This document shows, in pieces, positions 54,865-64,000 of a stretch of 64,000 nt of DNA. The translations under genes were made by a program, and so were the position numbers. Position 1 is the stretch's first letter, and every line of letters begins with the position of its first letter. The DNA is from the human T2T-CHM13v2.0 reference genome, Homo sapiens. The notes beneath the pieces were generated by a model, which was not told the DNA's origin, ran no database searches, and was given only the letters and a program-made list of their open reading frames with translations. The stretch lies in the NCBI RefSeq assembly GCF_009914755.1, contig NC_060935.1. One strand, written 5' to 3'.

Positions 54865-56443
54865 TCAGTTTTTAATTTTTAAAATTTTTTATGAGTACAC
54901 AACAGGTACTCATTTATGGTGTATGTGAGATATTTTGATATGGGGATATGATGTATAATAATTGCATCAGGGTAAATGGGGTATATATCACCTCACATAC
55001 TTATCATTTCTTTGTGGTAAACATTCCAATTATACTCTTTATTTTCAAATGTACAATAAATTATCATTGACTAATTACTCTGTTGTGCTATCAAATACCA
55101 GATCTTATTCATTCTATCTCAGTATATATTTGTACCTACCATCTCACTGTCCCTGCACCACTAACCTTCCCACCTCTGGTAACCATCATTCTACTCTCTA
55201 TCTCCATGAGTACACTTATTTTGTTAGCTCCCACAATTGAGTAAGAACATGCAAAGTTTGCCTTTCTGTGCCTGTTTTATTTCACTTAACATAATGACCT
55301 CCAGTTCCATCCATGTTGTTGCAAATGACAGAATCTCATTCTTTCATACATCGGAATAGTACTTCATTGTGTATATGTGCCACCTTTTGTTTGTCCATTC
55401 TTCTGTTGGACATATAGGTTGATTCCAAATCTTTGCCATTGTGAATAGTAATGCAATAAACATGACAGTGTAGATATCACTTCAGTGTACTGATTTCTTT
55501 TCTAGCAGGGGTATATATCTTGCAGCAGAATTACTAGGTTATATGGTGGTTCTATTTTTAGTTGGAGAAAACTGCATAGTGTTCTCTATAGTAGCTGTAC
55601 TATTACACATTACCACCAACATTGTATGAATTCAGGTTCCCATTTCTCCACATCCTTGGCAGTATTTGTTCTTGCCTGTCATTGAATAAGAGCCATTTTA
55701 ACTGGGGTGAAATGATATCTCATTGTAGTTTTTATTTGCATTTCTTCAATGATCAATGATATTGAGCTGCTTTTCATATACCTGTTTACCATTTGCATGT
55801 CTTCTTTTGAGAAACGTCTATTCAGGTCTTTTGCCTATTTCAAAATCATATTATCAGGTTTCTTTTCTTGTTGAATTGTCTGAGCTTTTTATATACTCTG
55901 GTTATTAATCTCTTGTCAGATACATAGTTTGCAAACATTTCCTCCCATTCTGCAGGTGTGTCTCTTCACCTAGTTCATTGTTTCCTTTGCTGTGCAGAAA
56001 CGTTTTAACTTAATGTGATCCTATTTGTTTATTTTTGCTTTGGTTACCTATGTCTTTTGGGTATTCCTCAAGAAATCTTTGCCCAGACCAATGATCCCAA
56101 GAGTTTCCCCAATGTTTTCTTGTACTAGTTTCATAGTTTGAGGTATCAGATTTAAGTCTTTAACCTGTTTTAATTTTTATAAATGGTAAGAGATAGTAGT
56201 CTAGTTTCATTCTTCTGCATGTGGATATACAGTTTTCCTGGCACCATTTAGTAAAGAGACTGTACTTTCCCCAATGTATGTGCTTGGCAACTTTGTCGAA
56301 AATGAGTTCACTGTAGATGTATAAATTTATTTTTGGGTCTCTATTTTGTTTCATTTGTCTCTGTGTCTGTTTTTCTGCCATTACCATGCTGTTTTGGTTC
56401 TATAGCTGTATAGTATAATTTAAAGTCAGGTAATGTGATTTCT
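54865..56443 (-). mobile_element. L1MA 5'-truncated element
   Basis: Antisense L1MA 3'UTR followed by ORF2 relics (YSELIFDKVAKHIHWGK; ITLPDFKLYY). Confidence 0.88.
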
Positions 56444-56789
56444 ATCATATCTAACTCGGTTTTTACAGTTATTTGATAAATACTATATAAGGATATCTGA
56501 GATGTTTGCTCATTGAGACACAGATTTTGCATACTTCTTTTCTTGTCCAAATTATATGTATCCATCAAGCCTTAGCATAGGTGTCACTTCCTCCAGAAAG
56601 TTTCCTAAATTCTATCAAATGGATATAAATGAACTATTACAGCATTTTTTCTTTTACTTTCTTACACCCTCATTTTCTAATTTGCATTAATAAGTAGTGT
56701 TCATGATTATTCTTGCTTGTTAGGCATAATATTATTGAGAGCTGAATTGATTTCTTATTTATCTTTGTGTTTCCCCAAACTACTGTTAC

Positions 56790-56970
56790 CATTTAATGAT
56801 TACCTACAGTGTTGCAGGTCTTGTACTAAATGCTTTGCTTATATCACCTCATTTAATTCTTGCAATGACACGAAGAGTTAAGTATTACTTTCTTTTGCAT
56901 TTTATAAGTGAGAAGACTTAAGTTAAAAGGCTTTAACCCGGATAATAATATACTTATCAAATAGCAAAGA
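56790..56970 (-). mobile_element. MIR fragment
   Basis: tactaaatgctttg..atcacctcatttaattcttgcaa..cattttataagtgagaagact. Confidence 0.6.
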
Positions 56971-57451
56971 AGTGAACTCCGTATTTTTATTAAATCCTTT
57001 AAGTTTATTAAATTCTTAATCACTTTAATGTAGGTCTATTTTTACTATGACTATAACGTTGCCTAATTTGTTTTAAAAAAATGAAAGACAGCCTCTGCTC
57101 TGGGGAAAACGGACATATATTAGGCTGAAAAATTTGACATTTGCAATTATAAAAGTATAAAAGATTTGCCTGCGTACAGGGAAGCAGATAATTTTTCTTA
57201 TTGGGACCTTTTGACATTTTAGTAACATATATTTTTAACTCATTAGTTCCATGCCCAGTTATATAATATTAGCTTTGGGGATGTGGGGTGGGAAAAGAAT
57301 TATACAAATAATACACGATTTCCAAAACTTCTTTAAAAGAAATTATAGAACTAAAAGTTCCATGAAAAACATACCAACAGTATTCAACCAAAATTTATTG
57401 AACACGAATGTTCCAGGTAGCATGATTAATGTAGAGATAATAAGATATGGG

Positions 57452-57724
57452 GGTCAGGTGCAGTGGCTTACGCCTGTAATCTCAGCACTGTGGGAGGCCG
57501 AGGTGGGTGGATCACGAGGTCAGAAGTTCAAGACCAGCCTGGCCAACATAGTGAAACCCCGTCTCTACAAAAAATAAAAAAGTTAGCTGTGCATGGTGAT
57601 GCATACATGTAGTCCCAGCTTCTCAAGAGGCAGAGTCAGGAGAATCGCTTGAACCCGGGAGGTGGAGGTTGCAGTGAACCGAGATCACACCACTGTACTC
57701 CACCTTGGGCAACAGAGAGAGACT

Positions 57725-57768
<44 letters not shown>
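57452..57768 (+). mobile_element. Alu (AluSg-like) with A40 tail
   Basis: Full dimer; pure A run at 57729-57768. Confidence 0.95.
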
Positions 57769-57770
<2 letters not shown>

Positions 57771-57824
57771 CCTTGCAGGTCAGAATCTAGTACAAGATAT
57801 AAATATTCAACACATGAATGCCCA

Positions 57825-58200
57825 CAGTCTTAGGTTGCGTTCCCCCAAACCTGACCCAGGACAAAAATTTAATTCAAGAGGTTCCTTTAGGTTGTGAGCC
57901 CAGGTAAGGGAGTGAGAGAAATGAGAAAATGAAAGAAAACAAATGCAGGGGTGTGTGTCAGTGAGCAGGTTACCACTTTAGGCAATTGGGGCACAAATTG
58001 ATTGTTGTCTCCTGGTGAATGGTGCAGTACAAGCCTCTAGGTGGCTACTGTTGAGGTCTGTGCTGACAGTTCTTAACTTTTCTGAAAGCAAAGAGAATAT
58101 CTGGGGGCAGATTAACAGGCGCTTGCAGTAGTTCTTATTAGGCATGATATCTGATAGGATTTGAGACGGGCACAAAATAATGAAACACATGAAATACCAC
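57825..58200 (-). mobile_element. Old ERVL LTR (LTR16-like) fragment
   Basis: gtcttaggttgcgttccc..cctgacccaggac..ggggagtgagagaaatgaga..gagcaggttaccact..ggcaattggggc. Confidence 0.5.
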
Positions 58201-58661
58201 AATTGAATAAAAAGTGCCATAGAGCCTGCACAAATCAACTTCACTTGGGCAGGTAGTATCAGGAAACATTGCAAGCAGAATAGTTAGGAAAGTTCCTCCA
58301 AGGAAGATAATATTTTATCTGAGGTTTGAAAGAGGATTGGACACTAAATGAACTCAAGAAGTAAAAGTATGGTATTTGAGGCAGAGAGTATTCTATGTGC
58401 CGAGATACAGAGGCATGGATTAGGATGGGTCTTCATCTGCACAGTGTTACTAAAATTGTTTTCATGTGAGAACGGACTATTTGAATGAGGTAGTGGTTGG
58501 TGACATTCACAGCTAATAGTCACTGTAATTCCACCACTTTTCTATAACCAATTTGGTCTATTTATTTTAGTTCTAAAATGTATACATTTTTATATAGTTA
58601 AATTTCTCTTGAAAGAGTTGTTACTATAAGATCTTAGAGAACAGAGGTTGAAATATATCAG

Positions 58662-59012
58662 AGTATTAGTCCGTTTTCATGCTGCTGATAAAGACATCCA
58701 AGACTGGGAAGAAAAAGAAGTTTAATTGGACTTACAGTTCCACATGGCTGTGGAGGCCTCAGAATCATCGCAGGAGGTGAAAGGTACTTCTTACATGGCA
58801 GTGGCAAGAGAAAAAGAGGATGAAGCAAAAGTGGAAATCCCTGATAAACCCATCAAATCTTGTGAGACTTATTCACTATCACGAGAAAAGCATGGGAAAT
58901 ACCAGTCCCATGATTCAATTACCTCCCCCTGGATTCCTCCCATAACACATGGGAATTCTGGGAGATACAATTCAAGCTGGGATCTGAGTGGGGACACAGC
59001 CAAACCATATCA
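58662..59012 (-). mobile_element. THE1A/B-like solo LTR
   Basis: gtattagtccgttttcatgctgctgataaagaca...ggggacacagccaaaccatatca. Confidence 0.92.
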
Positions 59013-59139
59013 TCAAGACAAAAACTCTACAAGCAGTCTGAGTGAAAAAAGTATGAATAGAGAATGTTTTTTGCAGAATCCAGAAGAACATTATATTAGA
59101 ATAATTATATCAAGCAGTGATTGGAAAGATACAATGTTT

Positions 59140-59545
59140 GCAATATTAATTATTCTATTGCTATGAAACAAATTACCTTAAAATTTTGTCTAATGCAACA
59201 ACCATATATTTAACTTAACAACTTTGCTTGGCCATTTTTCTGGCCTGGGTCATTGTTGGCTGATCTTAGCTGGGCTTGTTCATAAGTGTGTAAATTGGCA
59301 GGGGACTAGCTGCTCACGGATGTCCTCACTCACGTGTATGGCAGTTGGCTGGCTATCTATTGGAGCATTATCTGTGACTGGACCAAATGTATCTCGTCAT
59401 CTAACACAGAAGTCGAGCTGTTTCCACAATGGCAAATTTCCAAGAGCCGCAAAAATAGAATCAAAAAAGTCTCTTGAGGCCTAGACTGAGGAATTTACTT
59501 TCACTGGATTTTTCTGGTCAAAATAAGTCACACAAAGTGCATACA

Positions 59546-59584
<39 letters not shown>

Positions 59585-59657
59585 CCAGTCCAGAATCCAG
59601 ATATCTTCAACACAGGAAAAGCAACAAATTATTGTGGCCCTTTTTGGAATATACAAC
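59140..59657 (-). mobile_element. MLT1 (H/J-like) LTR containing (CA)n at ~59541-59581
   Basis: ctattgctatgaaacaaattacc..ctcactcacgtgtatggcagttggctggct..cttgaggcctag..attgtggccc. Confidence 0.65.
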
Positions 59658-61575
59658 TTTCAATGTCTAATGTAAGTTTTAAGTATATTTGTATTTATTT
59701 AATAAATTATTTTACTCTTATTAATAACTTACCTTTTACTACATATGTCTTATTTCATTTGAAGAGAGAAAATATATTTTTTCCTAATTATAGAATGAAG
59801 TGATTTTATTTTTTCAAGGGAAAACAATTAAGGTTTTCAGGACTGAGTTTTATTTTTCTCTTTCCGATTCTAGATGATTTTTATAAAAGTTCACAAAATG
59901 AAGCCCCTATTTTTAGGTTGCATCCACAGGAAATCTACAAAAAAGTACTTCAAATACCTTCAAATATAAAATAATAGTAACATCACAACTTTTTAAAAGT
60001 AAATTTCCCGATATATCCTTAGCAATACAAAAATATTTTCTTTAGTCATCCTGTGTCTTTACTCCTTGAAATCAAAACAAACAAACAAAATCTACACTAA
60101 GACTGATCCTTTAGTATGGCTTGAATTAGCTGGGAGAATCAAAATCACTCATTGTCATGAAGGTTATGTTAACAAGGTATTATGGAAATGGCACATGGGA
60201 ATGCTAAGATTTAATGGAGCAGAAAGGAGTCCAAAATCTTGACACATGATCAAATCCAAAGCCACAGAAAAATAGATCCATTAAAGTGAAAGTGTTTTTA
60301 GACTTATTTATTTATGGCTATAATCTAAAGGATAGTTGCTACAAAATTATGTAAAGAGTTTACTTTAAAAAATCAGAAATAAATGATATCCAGCTCTCTA
60401 ATTTCCTTTCTTAAAATAGTCTGATACAATAGTTCATGAATGTAGCCATGCACTCTGTGTTTTTAAAATGACCTCCAGGTTCTAATTTATGCATAACACA
60501 TTATAGGAATCTTTCACCTCACTCAATCTCCCAGGGTCTGAATCCCCACAAAACAATTTTAACAATGGTCAAGTCTCTGGTTTTACAATAGTAGTGACAA
60601 GAAACTCACTATATTCTCAATTGTCTTATTTTTGATGAATTTGTGGTTAATTTTTGTAAAGAGAAAAAGGGCTTATCATGAGAAGAAAGCATAAGAACCT
60701 CAAATGTGTCCAAAAAACCCCTTTATTTTGTCATCCAAACTATGTTTGACAGATTGTCTCTTTCAACTTAAAAAAAAAAATCAAATTATATGCCACTTTT
60801 AGCTGAATATTATGATCACTATAGCTACCATATTATATGCAGGGTTTATGCCAAATTTATACAAGATAGTCACAGTGATGTTCATGCTGTATCTGTGAAC
60901 ATGGAGCTGTCTTTATTAAGAAGGCAATCTCCTTAACTTTCAGTAAGGCTAGCAAGATTTTGACACTGGGTGTGTTCCTGATAGCTTCTCTTTTGTGATT
61001 CTGTTTCTTTCTGCTTTGTTAAGTCACTTTTGCTCTCAGTAGAAACATATTTTTTAAGTAAATTCATTGTGGAAACTCATGGAATGTAAATAAAATATAA
61101 ATCTTATCTTCTAGATAGTAAAATCCCAGGCAATTTTTACTTGGGGAAAATGTATGAATTGTCTGCCTGGTGATGCATTTCCTTTAATCACTTACATCTC
61201 AAAAATTTTTTTATGACACTGAATTTTATTTATTCACATCTTGCATTTGAAGTACTCTTTAATGAAATCCATATCCTCAGATTACCACAGTCCTTAAATA
61301 CTACAAAACTGCACTCAATCACTTTATAGGATTTTATCCTTTGGTTTTACAGAGCCCTGCCCAGTCCCCTAGTTTCTTGTCATCAATCTTAATTAGGTCA
61401 GTTTAGTGTTAAACATAAAGGACCTCTACCAACTAGAGATACATAGGCTTATCACAATTGGATGCAAGCACACAAAGAAAAGTTCAAGACCAAAGTTAAA
61501 GAAATAAAGAAAACATACCAACTCTAGATTCCAGTAACGAATATATCAATGTGAACTGATTAGAAAAAGCAAAGT

Positions 61576-62985
61576 TTTTCCATAGTGGTTGCACTAATTT
61601 TACATCCCCACCAACAGTGTATGAGCATTCCCCTTTTTCTGCATCTTCATCAGCATTTGTTATTTTCTGTCTTTTGGATAAAAAACATTTTAACTGGGGT
61701 GAGATGATTTTTCATTTTTATTTTGATTTGCATTTCCCTGATGATTACTGATGTTGAACATTTTCTCATACACCTCTTGGCTATGTATATGTCTTCTTGT
61801 AAAAAAAATGTCAGTTCAGAGCATTTGCCTAATTTTCTATTGGGTTATTATTATTACTATTTGCTATCCACTTTTTTGAGCTCCTTATATGTTAAGGTTA
61901 CTAACTGTCAGATGAATAGTTTTGCACATATTTTCTCCCATTCTGTACGTTGTCTCTTCACTTTTTTTATTGTTTCCCTTGCACTGCAGAAGCTTTTTAG
62001 CTTGAAGTGATCCCATTTGTCCAATATTGCTTTGATTCCCTTTTATTTTGAGGTCTTACTCAAGAAATATTTGCCGAGACCGATGTCCTGCATCATTTCC
62101 TCAATGTTTTCTTCTAGTATTTCTAAAGTTTCAGTTCTTGCATTTGAGTTTTTAATTCATTTTTATTTAATTTATATAAATCTTGAGAGAAAGGGGTCTA
62201 GTTTAATTCTTGTACACATGAATATTGTTTTCAGAGCACCACTTGTTGAAGAGACTTTCCTTTCTCCAATGTGGAGATTGGTCAAAAAACTACAAATAGA
62301 ATTACCTTGTGATCCAGCAATTCCACTACTGGGTATGTATTCAAAAGAAAGGAATAAATATATCAAACAAATATCTGAATTCCCATACATATCACAGCAC
62401 TGTTCACAATAACCAAGATATGGAATCAACCCAGTTGTCCATCAGTGGATAAATGATTAAAGAAAAGGTAGCATATATACTCAATAGACTTTTACTCCAC
62501 TATAAAAATAATGAAATCCTGTCATTTGTGACAATATGGATGGAACCGGAGCCCATTATGGCCCATTATGTTAAGTAAGCCAGGCACCAAAAGACAAATG
62601 TCACATATTCTGACTCGTATGTGATAGCGAAAACACTTGATCTCATGGAGGTATTGAATAGAATGGTGGTTACTAGAGGCTTGGAAGAGTAGTGTGGAAG
62701 GGGAATAGATGGCTGTGGTTAGTTGATAAAAAAATACAGTCAGAGAGAAGGAATAAAGATCAACTGTTTGGTAATACAATAGGGTGAGTATAATAAAAAA
62801 TAATTTAATGTATATTTCAAAATAGATTTGGAATATTCCCAACACAGAGAAATGATAAATGTGTGAAATGATAGATATCCTATTTACCAAGATTTGATCA
62901 TTATGTATTGTAAGCTTCTATTAAAATATCACATGTACCCCTTAAATATGTACAAATATTATATATCAAATTGATTTAAAACATT
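61576..62985 (+). mobile_element. L1MA element with ~700-bp 5' inversion
   Basis: 61576-~62270 is antisense ORF2 sequence; ~62271-62985 is the sense ORF2 end and L1MA 3'UTR. Confidence 0.88.
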
Positions 62986-63938
62986 AAAGTGAAAAAAGGG
63001 CTCTGAGCTCATCACAAAAGGGAAACTAAAGCAGTCACATGACATTTACTTATAGACATAAGAAGGGAGACTGATTTCTTAAGGTGAGGGACTAAAAACT
63101 TTACTGGTGTAAAATACTAGGTGTATTTTATACAAATAAATGTTGTGTAGTGGATATAATTGCTGTGGCTTTATTTAAACCAAAACAGGGCTTAGATTAA
63201 TTTGATTGGTGGAAGGCTGGTATGGTTGTTGGACAAACTTTCACTAATACACCTTCCCTTGGTTATTTGTTAGCACATTTTCTAATTCTTCTCTTGAACA
63301 AGCAAGGGTGGGGACAGCTCTTTGAAGCCAGGCTTGTAAGGTCTCTAGAGATATTACTCAAATAATGGTTCTATAGCAAAAGAAGCAACAAAGACTGCAC
63401 CCACGAACAAAAGCCATCTTGAGAATTAGAGAAAATATGGAAACTAAAAGTTGAACCTAATCTTTATAGAGAAGTAAATAATAATTGAGTGATTAACAAC
63501 AACAACAACAAAAAGGGACTGTAATACACAGCAAAATAGGCTTAGGAACTTGAAAAAGAGTTGTGGCCCAGAGTTTTTCTGAAATGCTGGTATACAGAGT
63601 TTTATGGAAACAGTTCTGTTTTAAGGATGTATTCTGCTTCACCCTTGGTAGTAAATGATATGACAAACTTATAAAAGCTATTAAACTATTTGGAGATGAA
63701 TAGTGCATGGGGCCAAGATGCTAAAAATAATTTGTGTGCCTCTAGCTTGGTATTACCTATAGAAGTGAGGGATTCTTGCTAATTCACAGAAATAGATTCA
63801 GAGAATGGGAAATTTAAAACATTTCCTTCTCTGTAAAACATTTACGGCATACTGGTTAGATTAGATGCAAAGAAAATTAGCTTAATTGGCTACTATGCCA
63901 ATGATGATTATGGAAATGTCATGTTTACTACATTTAGG

Positions 63939-63941
<3 letters not shown>

Positions 63942-63995
<54 letters not shown>

Positions 63996-64000
63996 TTTTT
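63942..64000. repeat. (TA)n followed by poly-T
   Basis: Directly visible. Possibly the tail of a minus-strand retroelement beyond the window edge. Confidence 0.85.

Overview
AT-rich primate (catarrhine, probably human or great ape) non-coding DNA. I find no supportable host protein-coding gene. The recognisable ORFs in the track are decayed retroelement frames and the rest look like chance ORFs. The centrepiece is a ~6.46-kb HERV-H provirus at 25024-31485 (+). It has two LTR7s, a perfect tRNA-His primer-binding site and gag/pro/pol remnants, with the RT catalytic region and most of env deleted. A co-oriented solo LTR7, nested in a MER4A-type LTR, lies 3.6 kb upstream. The 10-32 kb interval is a dense LTR cluster: MSTB interrupted by THE1 and an Alu, MLT2A, MSTA, a second THE1, and MER83/84-like and MER4 LTRs. 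The remainder is L1, Alu, L2, MIR, MLT and MER2 relics. The most interesting observations are four. (1) An Alu/L1 chimera is enclosed by a single target-site duplication (46409-46843). (2) The proviral 5' LTR has lost a 51-bp unit carrying a SOX-like motif that the solo LTR and 3' LTR retain. (3) A 49-bp locally templated insertion sits inside an ERV1 LTR. (4) Two L1s show twin-priming 5' inversions. All repeat names come from recalled consensus sequences, so subfamily calls need RepeatMasker/Dfam confirmation. I see no evidence for a wholly new biological system.
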